The notes beneath the pieces were generated by a model, which worked only from the letters and a program-made list of their open reading frames with translations, was not told where the DNA came from and ran no database searches. A stretch of DNA of 64,000 nt from Candidatus Heimdallarchaeota archaeon (GTDB lineage Archaea > Asgardarchaeota > Heimdallarchaeia > JABLTI01): NCBI GenBank assembly GCA_018238155.1, contig JABCTZ010000037.1, positions 69,256-133,255 of the forward strand, read 5' to 3'. The translations under genes and the position numbers were made by a program. This document shows, piece after piece, positions 11,133 through 19,701 of this stretch. Numbering within the stretch: the first letter of the stretch is position 1; each line of letters starts with the position of its first letter.

Positions 11133-11453
11133 TTATGCTCTCTTTCTCTTTCGTAAAGCACTCAAGCCACTAAGATCTGGTGGTTTTGACATTTCATATT
11201 CAATATAGTTTACTCCGCATGAAGCACAGATAACGCTATCAGGAGCATTCAAGCTTTTACACTTAGGACACTCTTTTTCCATAGCAATTTTTTTGCCCGG
11301 ATCTAATGCCATATTTGGATCATTTTGACAATAAGAACAAAGTTTTTTCCCGATTTTCGTGGGTTTCCCACAGTGTGGACATTTCCCAGTTACATTCTTT
11401 GCTTTTTTTGCTAAATCCTTTCTAAGTGCAAATTCTATTAAAGTACTTCTCAT
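11133..11453 (-). CDS. double zinc-ribbon protein with basic tail
   Basis: CPHC...CSYC and CPKC...CASC pairs. Ends RKRKRA. Confidence 0.8.
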   Translation of the reverse strand: MRSTLIEFALRKDLAKKAKNVTGKCPHCGKPTKIGKKLCSYCQNDPNMALDPGKKIAMEKECPKCKSLNAPDSVICASCGVNYIEYEMSKPPDLSGLSALRKRKRA

Positions 11454-11597
11454 ATCTTATCAAGAGCAATTGGGCTGAATGATTATATAAAGCTTGAGCT
11501 TTGTTTTAGGGATTAAAGTTATTTTTGAATAAAGATAGATGCTTTTTTGGTGCAAAAGAAAATTATTTATACCGTTATTAGCAAACACTATAACACT

Positions 11598-11660
11598 CGA
11601 TGGTGATGAAGTCCACCTTGACACCTGTCTGAACCGCATATGGCTGATGACTTCTACTTT
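11598..11660 (+). ncRNA. fluoride (crcB) riboswitch
   Basis: GGTGATGAAGTCCACC...AACCGC-ATAT-GGCTGATGACTTCTAC matches the consensus. Pseudoknot GAAGTC/GACTTC. Directly upstream of crcB. Confidence 0.92.
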
Positions 11661-11686
11661 TAGAATTAAGGTGGAAAAAAGTAAGA

Positions 11687-12070
11687 ATGAATTCAATATT
11701 AATAGTTGGTATAGGCGGATTTGTAGGAGCGATTCTAAGATATCTCTTAAGCACTTGGATACAAAATGGTGGAGAAACATTTCCCTACAGCACATTAACG
11801 GTAAATGTTATTGGAAGTTTCCTACTAAGTTTGATAATGTTTACTTCAGAGTACATAGATATTTTTCCGGATGAAACAAGAATGTTTCTAACAGTAGGAT
11901 TATTAGGAGCATTTACCACCATGTCTACTTTTAGTTATGAAACTTTCAAATTTTTTGAAATGGGTGAAATGATCATGCTAACGAAATATGTTGTTGGAAC
12001 AATCGTTTTGACCCTTCTAGCAATTTATTTAAGTAAAACAATTGTTGTGGCAATTATGGGAGTAAAATAA
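11687..12070 (+). CDS. crcB: fluoride channel CrcB/Fluc
   Basis: GGFVGAILRY, TLTVNVIGSF, GLLGAFTTMSTFSYE. Confidence 0.95.
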   Translation: MNSILIVGIGGFVGAILRYLLSTWIQNGGETFPYSTLTVNVIGSFLLSLIMFTSEYIDIFPDETRMFLTVGLLGAFTTMSTFSYETFKFFEMGEMIMLTKYVVGTIVLTLLAIYLSKTIVVAIMGVK

Positions 12071-12101
12071 GAAGAGGAAAAGAGAAAAGAAAAACGAAAA
12101 A

Positions 12102-12185
12102 TGCCGGGGACGGGATTTGAACCCGCGAGTGCGGAGGCACAATGGATTAGCAATCCATCTCCCTACCAGGCTAGGAAACCCCGGC
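12102..12185 (-). tRNA. tRNA-Ser(GCT), long variable arm, CCA not encoded
   Basis: Acceptor GCCGGGG/CCCCGGC, anticodon arm ATGGA-TTGCTAA-TCCAT, variable arm GTGC-CTCC-GCAC, T-arm GCGGG-TTCAAAT-CCCGT. Confidence 0.95.
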
Positions 12186-12311
12186 GAATAGTCATAGATT
12201 ATTTTTGTTTTTTCTGAAATTTGTTCATAAAGATTATGGTTAAATTGTGATTAGTGTTTTTTAAAAGGTTTTTGAAAATAACTTAATAGGAATAGTGTAC
12301 TATTTTTCTAT

Positions 12312-13019
12312 ATGAGCCATTTAGATGATTTTGCCATTCCAGAAGAGTATAAGGATCTTCTTACTCCAATTAGGGATAAACAAATAGAGTTGGCATCTGA
12401 AATTTCTCTCGAGACTCGAGTCAGTTTCAGTGATATTAGAATTATTGCTGGCTTAGATGTTGCATTCTCAAAGAAAGATGATCTAGCTTGTGCAGGTATT
12501 AGTATCATTGATTCTCGTTCTTTTGAAGTATTGGAGGAGCAAGTAACATTCTTTAAACCACGAATTCCTTTTATTCCTACTTTTCTCCATTATCGGGAAT
12601 CCCCTGGATATCATAAGATTTTATCACAAATAAATGAAATGCCTGATGTGTTAATCTTTGATGGTAATGGGATCATCCATCCTTTTGGGATTGGCATTGC
12701 TAGTCAAATGGGCTTAGAATTTGATATTCCTAGTTTTGGTATTGCCAAAAAATTACTTCTTGGTGAGTACGATAATCGTTTAAATCGTGGTGGTTTCTCA
12801 GATATCGTGTATAAAGAAAAAAATCTTGGCATTGCATTTCAGAGTCTTGCTCCACCAGCTAAACCCATTTTTGTTTCTCCAGGTCACTTGATTGATTTTA
12901 AGGCTATAACGAATATTCTTCGAGATTTTAATTTGCAGCAAAAATATCCTTCAAAATTACCTTTACCACTCGCGTTAGCAAATAAACTCGTAAAAGAAAA
13001 ATTAAAGTTAGGCACGTGA
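12312..13019 (+). CDS. nfi: endonuclease V
   Basis: IAGLDVAF, PFIPTFLHYRE, IFDGNGIIHP, GIAKKLL, PIFVSPGH. Confidence 0.88.
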   Translation: MSHLDDFAIPEEYKDLLTPIRDKQIELASEISLETRVSFSDIRIIAGLDVAFSKKDDLACAGISIIDSRSFEVLEEQVTFFKPRIPFIPTFLHYRESPGYHKILSQINEMPDVLIFDGNGIIHPFGIGIASQMGLEFDIPSFGIAKKLLLGEYDNRLNRGGFSDIVYKEKNLGIAFQSLAPPAKPIFVSPGHLIDFKAITNILRDFNLQQKYPSKLPLPLALANKLVKEKLKLGT

Positions 13020-13103
13020 TTATCTTTTAAACAAAAAAATGATAAAAAATGAAAATAGGATTTCGCATAGTAAAAAATGAAGCGAAATTCTTTTCCTTAT
13101 TGA

Positions 13104-14207
13104 TTATTTCTTTTTTATTGAAGCTTGGGCGATTTTCTGGAACCCTCTTGCATTAGCCATTACAGGATCTTCTGGCACAACAACCTCATCCGGAGAGTGT
13201 ACAATATTGTGTTCTGTAAGAATGGTTTTCATATTTTTGCCAAAAACTTCTGCACCACCACCTGTTAAAATTACTTTCTCTATCCATGCATCGAGTGGTA
13301 AAGTTCCTAGTAAAGTTGAAACCTCATCTACAATGATATCGGCGATTGTATTTACATAATAATCTGTTGTTTCGGTGATATCATATTGTTCTCCTGCGAT
13401 CATGACACTATCACGACCAATTTCTATTGCTTTAATTAATTCAAATGGTCGTAGAATTTTCCCAGTTTGTTTGTTAAGATTATCAGCAATTCTTCCTGCA
13501 AGAGTTGTTATCGATTCGTGAACACTACCACTTGCAGTTCTCATTAATCGTCCTTCATATACAGTTAGAATATTTGTTGCACCAGCACCTATGTCTATTA
13601 CTACAGCATCTACGGCTCTATCTTCCCCAGATGTTTTCAAGATTTCATAATAAGATCCATAACAAACAGGCATAACTAAACATTGGTCAATCTTTAGATT
13701 GATTTGTTTTTCTTCCCCTGTTGCATCATTAGCCACATTAATAGTCATGGTACCTTTCAGACCAGAACTAAGTGTTGTCATTTCTTCTTGAGGGCTGGCG
13801 ACTGGCACACCAGTTGCAATCACAAAATTTGCATAATCTTTTTTCACAAAAGTGGATAAGGCAGCTTGAATTGCAATTATTGCATCCTTTAAGCTTTTCA
13901 TTTTTCCATCTGCAGCGAGTGGACGCTTGATTTCACTTTGAAGTCTAGCTAATTCACCAACAAAGTATTTCGTTCCGGCATCTGTTGTTAAAACAAGATT
14001 GTTTATCCATGATTTGTCAGTTCCCAGTCCTTTCCATCCTGGATTTGGATCACCTACAAGACTCGGAATTTTTATTTCTGTTTTACCATCTGGACCCACC
14101 AGTTTTGATAAGCTAGTTCCAAGATCAATTCCAATTGCCTTTGTATTACTTTTATCTCCAGATTTAGATTTCGATTTAGATTTTGACTTTTTGGACAAAG
14201 TTTTCAC
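13104..14207 (-). CDS. actin-fold ATPase (ParM/StbA/Ta0583-like actin-like protein)
   Basis: Phosphate-1 IGIDLGTS, IPSLVG, YFVGELA, TGVPV, phosphate-2 VIDIGAGATN, adenosine ILTGGGA, DPVMANARGF. Confidence 0.9.
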   Translation of the reverse strand: MKTLSKKSKSKSKSKSGDKSNTKAIGIDLGTSLSKLVGPDGKTEIKIPSLVGDPNPGWKGLGTDKSWINNLVLTTDAGTKYFVGELARLQSEIKRPLAADGKMKSLKDAIIAIQAALSTFVKKDYANFVIATGVPVASPQEEMTTLSSGLKGTMTINVANDATGEEKQINLKIDQCLVMPVCYGSYYEILKTSGEDRAVDAVVIDIGAGATNILTVYEGRLMRTASGSVHESITTLAGRIADNLNKQTGKILRPFELIKAIEIGRDSVMIAGEQYDITETTDYYVNTIADIIVDEVSTLLGTLPLDAWIEKVILTGGGAEVFGKNMKTILTEHNIVHSPDEVVVPEDPVMANARGFQKIAQASIKKK

Positions 14208-14230
14208 CCTACTTTATTGAAGGAATAATT

Positions 14231-14252
14231 TCTTTTTATAGATATAAAAAGA
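14231..14252. promoter_or_regulatory. perfect 10-2-10 inverted repeat between a TATA-like box and the actin-like gene start
   Basis: TCTTTTTATA-GA-TATAAAAAGA. On the minus strand GAAAGTATTTAAAA (BRE/TATA-like) lies just upstream, at about 14257-14270. Confidence 0.45.
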
Positions 14253-14289
14253 GGATTTTAAATACTTTCTATTTGGGACATGAGAGAGT

Positions 14290-15633
14290 TTATTCTGGTT
14301 GCGGGTTAGCTCCTACATGGATATCAGCAGCAGCTGTTTCCTTCTCATCTTGGGATCCTTCCTTGATTGAGTGGATAACTTTGCCACCAGAGGTTTTTTC
14401 GAACATTTTTTTAGCTACTCTTCTTTGTATTGCTTGAACAATTAATCCCACTACCATGAAGAAAATAGCTAATGGTATTAGAACTAGCATTACCATTTCA
14501 GGTTGTCCGCCTTCAACACTAGTTATTATTGAATCAGGAAAATTAAGAAAAGTCAGTACTGGTACAGGATTCAATGCTAACCAGGACATAAATAGCAAAG
14601 TAACCATTCTTAACAGCGTACCTGATAGTACTATCAACAATAATCTCATCATTGAGGGTGTATAAGCAGATGCTGAAAGAGAGACGGAGATAAATGGATC
14701 ATTCTCTTCTAATTTCAAAAAATAATTTTTAAGTCGATTATTCAATTTATCCCAATCTTCTTGTGGTGAGATTCTAAAAAGTTTCTGACCAACTAAAGCT
14801 CTAATTTTGGAGAAGGAAGTGGTTACTTTCAATAATGATGTTGAAGTTTTCTTGCCTTTAATTGTTGATTCATCTTCAGCAATTGGTTTTTTTACACCAA
14901 TAGGCATCTTAAATTTCTTAAGGCGTTCAATGTTGCTTGATATTCTACGATGTCTTTGAACATTCGGTCCAATGACATTAAAGATATAACTAGCTTGGAA
15001 ACTTAATTCAAGTGAGAAGTAAATAAGAAATGCAGTAATAACCATTTTTGAAAATATCATTTGGAAAAAGTTTCCACTTGAAAATTCAAGGTTTAGCAAT
15101 AGTTTTCCATTCATTGCCGCAATGCCTAATACAATATTCATTGAAAAAAAGGATATAGCTGAGAGCGCGGGATTACATTCCTTCAAAAATCCTATTCCAG
15201 ACACAAATGCAATAATAATTGCCATTACAATAGCAAATGCAAATCCGGCATCTAAGAGATCTTGTTGTAATGGGATTTGTAGTGGATTAAGAATCAGTTC
15301 ATCAATTGGTATACCTATTACCGTTTCATTTCCACCAAAAATAGCTACATGAATAGCACTCATAATCGCTACTGCCCCGCTATCTCCATAACCTAAAATG
15401 AAAGCAATTCCATATCCAATGAGCAAGAACAATAATTCGAAGAAAAAGATAAACATCTTTAATCCATACCAAAACGATTGGAAACGCCAAATAACAGGGT
15501 CAACCGAGGTCATTACTAAAATAAAAGCAGCCAAAGATATTAAACCTGCAACTATTCGTGTAGAAACTAATAATGTCCTCATTTTTCGTACTCGATCTTT
15601 CTCAACACGAGAGCTTATAGATTGTTCAGACAA
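14290..15633 (-). CDS. polytopic membrane protein of unknown function (about 7-8 TM)
   Basis: Many hydrophobic segments and a cytoplasmic basic loop. Overlaps the DUF58 gene stop by 8 nt. Confidence 0.75.
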   Translation of the reverse strand: MSEQSISSRVEKDRVRKMRTLLVSTRIVAGLISLAAFILVMTSVDPVIWRFQSFWYGLKMFIFFFELLFLLIGYGIAFILGYGDSGAVAIMSAIHVAIFGGNETVIGIPIDELILNPLQIPLQQDLLDAGFAFAIVMAIIIAFVSGIGFLKECNPALSAISFFSMNIVLGIAAMNGKLLLNLEFSSGNFFQMIFSKMVITAFLIYFSLELSFQASYIFNVIGPNVQRHRRISSNIERLKKFKMPIGVKKPIAEDESTIKGKKTSTSLLKVTTSFSKIRALVGQKLFRISPQEDWDKLNNRLKNYFLKLEENDPFISVSLSASAYTPSMMRLLLIVLSGTLLRMVTLLFMSWLALNPVPVLTFLNFPDSIITSVEGGQPEMVMLVLIPLAIFFMVVGLIVQAIQRRVAKKMFEKTSGGKVIHSIKEGSQDEKETAAADIHVGANPQPE

Positions 15634-17023
15634 GTCCTATACCTCTCCTTTTTGCTTCAATATATTCGTTAATAACTGAAACTAAGAAATCATCTGGTCC
15701 AACAGAAATCACTCCGGCACGATATCTCTTAATATCTTTACTAAGTCTTCTACGTATTTCATAGTACTCTTCAGCAATAGCTTCTCCTAATGCTCTTTCT
15801 GTAGGACCAAGTAGAGTATTTTGTATTTCGAAGAAGGGACCAAAAGGTGAAATGATTATTACATCAAAACCTGCTGCAGATGCTTTTCGAATTCCACCAA
15901 GAATATCTTTTACGCTTCCTTCAAGATCAGAAATAATAATTAGCAAACCTCTGCTTCTTGTTCTCATAATCAAATTTTGTACCGCATTTATGAGATTTGA
16001 AGGACCTTTTGGTGTGACATAAGCAAGATTTTCTAAAATTCTGTTTAAATGTGATGAGCCTTGTTTAGGAGCTAGAAACGTATTTACTCGACTACTATAT
16101 GTTGCAATGCCCACCAAATCTTTCCGTTCAGAAGCCATATGTGCTAATAATACAACAGCACGAATACTGAACTCTAATTTCGTGTTTCGAATTAAACCTT
16201 GTTCCATACTTCGTGAAGTATCAAGTAAAACCATAACTCGAACATTTTTTTCAGTTTCAAATTCCCTAATTTGTAATTTATTTGTTCTGCTGAAGGCCTT
16301 CCAGTCAATGTGTCGGAAAGCATCTTCAGGATAATAATCGCGAATGCCCCAGAAATCCATTCCTGTTCCTTTCAATTTTGTTTTGTGGATACCAAATATT
16401 TTTCCTAATTGCCTCTTTGCACCCAATGTTTTCAGTTTAGCAATATCTTCATAGGATGGATAGACTAAGATTTCATCATAATCTTGCTTGACTACCGCTT
16501 CTTCATAAAAACCAAGACGGTCATGAATGATCACTTTTGTTGGTCCGATTTTATATAACCCTCGAACTGGAGTTCTCACTATATAAGAAAAGTCTACTTT
16601 TGCTCCGGCGTTCAATCTTGTATAAAGGTAATTTTCTCCAAGAACTAAATCCATTGTTTCGGGGTATGCATCATAAATTTCTAAATGATCAATAGCATTT
16701 GGTGAACCATTTTTTACCATTATTTTTACGTGAATATAATCTCCTGCAAAGCATTTTCTCTTTTCGAGGATTCTGTGTACTTGTATTCCTTCAGAATTTG
16801 CTTGAATTCTGAAAATCGGGTATCCAAATGTTGTGCCTATAACCATTAAAATCCCAACTAATAGAAAATAAGTGGTAATGGCATTAGGAATAGGATAGGT
16901 TACTTCTTCTAATGCGAAAAATGCCAGGATGTCAAATATCGGACTTATACCTTCAAAGGCAAGCCCTACAGATATCATAAACATCCCTCCGAAAAGGATA
17001 AATGAACCTCGTTTGGAAATCAT
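15626..17023 (-). CDS. DUF58 / VWA-domain membrane protein (MoxR partner)
   Basis: GTGMDFWGIRDYYPEDAFRHIDWKAFSR, REFETE, MIDAS-like LLDTSRSM, IISDL. Confidence 0.9.
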   Translation of the reverse strand: MISKRGSFILFGGMFMISVGLAFEGISPIFDILAFFALEEVTYPIPNAITTYFLLVGILMVIGTTFGYPIFRIQANSEGIQVHRILEKRKCFAGDYIHVKIMVKNGSPNAIDHLEIYDAYPETMDLVLGENYLYTRLNAGAKVDFSYIVRTPVRGLYKIGPTKVIIHDRLGFYEEAVVKQDYDEILVYPSYEDIAKLKTLGAKRQLGKIFGIHKTKLKGTGMDFWGIRDYYPEDAFRHIDWKAFSRTNKLQIREFETEKNVRVMVLLDTSRSMEQGLIRNTKLEFSIRAVVLLAHMASERKDLVGIATYSSRVNTFLAPKQGSSHLNRILENLAYVTPKGPSNLINAVQNLIMRTRSRGLLIIISDLEGSVKDILGGIRKASAAGFDVIIISPFGPFFEIQNTLLGPTERALGEAIAEEYYEIRRRLSKDIKRYRAGVISVGPDDFLVSVINEYIEAKRRGIGLV

Positions 17024-17084
17024 TTTTCAACAGTCCTTAGTATATATTCTTGAAGCAATTTTTTGTTTTTCGTTGATTTTAGAA

Positions 17085-18101
17085 TTACCTCGTTTCTCTA
17101 AATGGAATATCTCTGATAATATCTCTTACAATTGTTTGTGCTGTTATGCCTTCCAAATCAGCTTCAGGTTTTAAGATAAGTCGATGATAAACAGATTCAA
17201 CTACTATCCTTTTGATGTCATCTGGTACAACAAAATCTCGACCGCACATGGCAGCAAATGCTTTCGAAGCACTTAGCATAGCAATACTTGCTCGAGGGCT
17301 TCCTCCAAGAATCAAACGTGGATCAGTTCGTGTTCTCATAGTAACATCACGAATATATTCAATTATTCCTTGATCTACAAAAACACTATCTCTGACAGTC
17401 TTCTGTAATCTAACGATTGTTTCAGCAGTAGTTATCTCATTTATATGATTATCAACGGGGCGATGCTTTAATTGAATGATTTGTTCTTCTTCAGAAGCAT
17501 TTGGTAACCCAACTACTGATTTCATCAAAAATCTATCAAGTTGAGCTTCAGGCAATGGATACGTTCCTTCTTGTTCAATTGGGTTCTGTGTAGCAATTAC
17601 AATAAAAGGTGAGGAAAGAGCATAGGTATTCCCTTCTATCGATACTTGTCTTTCTGCCATTGCTTCAAGAAGAGCACTCTGTGTTTTTGGTGGAGCTCTG
17701 TTTATTTCATCTGCTAAGAGGATATTTGTGAAAATAGGTCCTCTTCTTAGTTTAAAAGTACTAGACCTTTGGTCAAAGACATTTGTTCCTAAAACATCAG
17801 AAGGAAGTAAATCAGGGGTAAATTGTACTCTCTTGTACTTGCACCCCAATGTTCTTGCAAACAGTTTTGCTAAAGTAGTTTTAGCAATTCCAGGTACTCC
17901 TTCCAGCAAAATGTGTCCATCACATAATAGACTAATCATTAAGTTTTGAACTACATTTTTCATGCCAATAATATGTTTCGAAAGTTCGTCTTGAATACTT
18001 TTAGCTATTCTTTCTACATCGGAAATATCCACAAGCCCACCTGCAGATCCAGAGACAATTTTCTCTGAGGGAGGAGGGGGTGGTGGTGCAAACTCAGACA
18101 T
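17085..18101 (-). CDS. moxR: MoxR family AAA+ ATPase
   Basis: GHILLEGVPGIAKT, RVQFTPDLLPSD, LADEINRAPPKTQSALLEAM, ATQNPIEQEGTYPLPEAQLDRF. Confidence 0.95.
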   Translation of the reverse strand: MSEFAPPPPPPSEKIVSGSAGGLVDISDVERIAKSIQDELSKHIIGMKNVVQNLMISLLCDGHILLEGVPGIAKTTLAKLFARTLGCKYKRVQFTPDLLPSDVLGTNVFDQRSSTFKLRRGPIFTNILLADEINRAPPKTQSALLEAMAERQVSIEGNTYALSSPFIVIATQNPIEQEGTYPLPEAQLDRFLMKSVVGLPNASEEEQIIQLKHRPVDNHINEITTAETIVRLQKTVRDSVFVDQGIIEYIRDVTMRTRTDPRLILGGSPRASIAMLSASKAFAAMCGRDFVVPDDIKRIVVESVYHRLILKPEADLEGITAQTIVRDIIRDIPFRETR

Positions 18102-18164
18102 TTTTTTACATACCCCATTTGTATTTTTTTTTTATTTGATTTTTTTTAAAAAATATTTTCTATA

Positions 18165-19664
18165 TTATCGTAATCCTTGTTTAGTTATTATATCTTCAAT
18201 ATTTTTCATCTCCAATACTAGAGCAAGGAAATTTTCCTCTGTAAGTTTCTTCTTCTTTTCAGTAAATAATTCTACATTATTGAGATTCTTCGAAAGAAGA
18301 TCATAATTGAATTTATCGGGATATTGCTCTTTGAGTAATTCCACAATCTGATTGAAATTAATTGTCAATCCGCAATTGAATTTCTTATCAAGTCTTCTTT
18401 TCAAACGTTTATACAGAACATTTAACGCTTTATCATATTGTTCATAGTTAACGTACCAAGACATTTTTGCGGCAAAGAATGATCGAGATCTTTTTTGTTT
18501 AATTTTTGTCATTAATAATGGAGACGCGCTTCGACCTTTTGGATAGTTACGTTTTAGAAAAATTAAAGCTATAATTGGGAAAAATGGCGCTAACAATGGA
18601 AACATTGTAAATGAATTAATGTAGCGCAAATACATACTCACATAGCTAAAGGGATCCAAAATACTCAAAGGTGCTCTAGCTTTAGAAGGTGAAAGATGTC
18701 CTTCATCATAGAAGATAGTTCTTGAGCCATTGATATCCAACCAATCAAATAGATTGCTAGCGTATTGAGCATTATCATATTCAGGCAACCTCATTAACTC
18801 ATTGGTGAAAATACTTGGATCAGAACAAATCAAAATATTACCTAATCCTGCAGCACCCAAAGGTAAAGGAGCCATAATAGAAAATGGTACACCGCCCCAT
18901 TCACCTTCATCTTGAGAAAATTCACCTCTTCTTGCTTTCTTAACATCCTGTTCCAATGAGCTATTACTGGTACTTCCGGCAATTCCAGTAAGGATTGGAT
19001 TTCCTAGAACTGTGAAGGTAGGAATCCATCGAGCTGAATCTAATGCTTCATCATAAGCTAAAAAGCCTATTGCTGAAGGATAACTTGTAACTACTTGAGT
19101 CACACCAACGATAGAAGGTAAACCGGGAGCACTTAAGAAATTCTTAATTACGGGCATAACTGGACTCTGATGATATGACTCATAGTCTAGTAGTAATGAT
19201 TTATTCACTTTCAACCCTAGAATTGGAAGACCACCTCCAAAACCAAATTCGGACATATTGATACTATCCAAGTATGGTGCAATTATCGCATTTATAAGAC
19301 CAAGAATGTCATTCGCACTTCCAAAATCATCTGCAATAAGTACGCTTCCTCCTCTCATTACGAAATAAGCTAAAGCTGCTGTTTCTGTTGGGTCATAATA
19401 TATTGTTGGACCCACAAGAGCTAATACTCCTAAATCGTCTATTCGTGTCAATACATTCAATGTCGAAACAATGGGCTGAAATTCATATCCTTCACTTTCT
19501 AAATTTTCCTTCAGAATACTTGTACCATCCCAGTTGGTATTATAAACAGAAAACTGGCGAGTTTCTTCTAAGCCTATTCTAGCAACTGATAAAACAATTG
19601 GCAAACAAAATATGATAAACAATATCGTTAACATAAATGCATTTCTATCAAATTTTAAAGCCAT
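18165..19664 (-). CDS. DUF4350 (GIFT-fold) membrane-anchored protein
   Basis: FSVYNTNWDGTS, GGSVLIADDFGSAN, SDPSIFTNEL, IFYDEGHL. N-terminal and C-terminal TM segments. Confidence 0.8.
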   Translation of the reverse strand: MALKFDRNAFMLTILFIIFCLPIVLSVARIGLEETRQFSVYNTNWDGTSILKENLESEGYEFQPIVSTLNVLTRIDDLGVLALVGPTIYYDPTETAALAYFVMRGGSVLIADDFGSANDILGLINAIIAPYLDSINMSEFGFGGGLPILGLKVNKSLLLDYESYHQSPVMPVIKNFLSAPGLPSIVGVTQVVTSYPSAIGFLAYDEALDSARWIPTFTVLGNPILTGIAGSTSNSSLEQDVKKARRGEFSQDEGEWGGVPFSIMAPLPLGAAGLGNILICSDPSIFTNELMRLPEYDNAQYASNLFDWLDINGSRTIFYDEGHLSPSKARAPLSILDPFSYVSMYLRYINSFTMFPLLAPFFPIIALIFLKRNYPKGRSASPLLMTKIKQKRSRSFFAAKMSWYVNYEQYDKALNVLYKRLKRRLDKKFNCGLTINFNQIVELLKEQYPDKFNYDLLSKNLNNVELFTEKKKKLTEENFLALVLEMKNIEDIITKQGLR

Positions 19665-19701
19665 TTCATTTTACCTCAATATACTTTATCTCGTTTTTAA
19701 A

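Noticed and set aside
11460-11874. Two 111-aa ORFs over the riboswitch and crcB
   Set aside because: They are shadow ORFs overlapping well-supported features.
13104-14207. Plasmid/prophage ParMRC system or true lokiactin
   Set aside because: No adjacent parR or parC iterons and no mobile genes. It is too divergent from eukaryotic actin (no DNGSG or TEAPLNP motifs) to be lokiactin.
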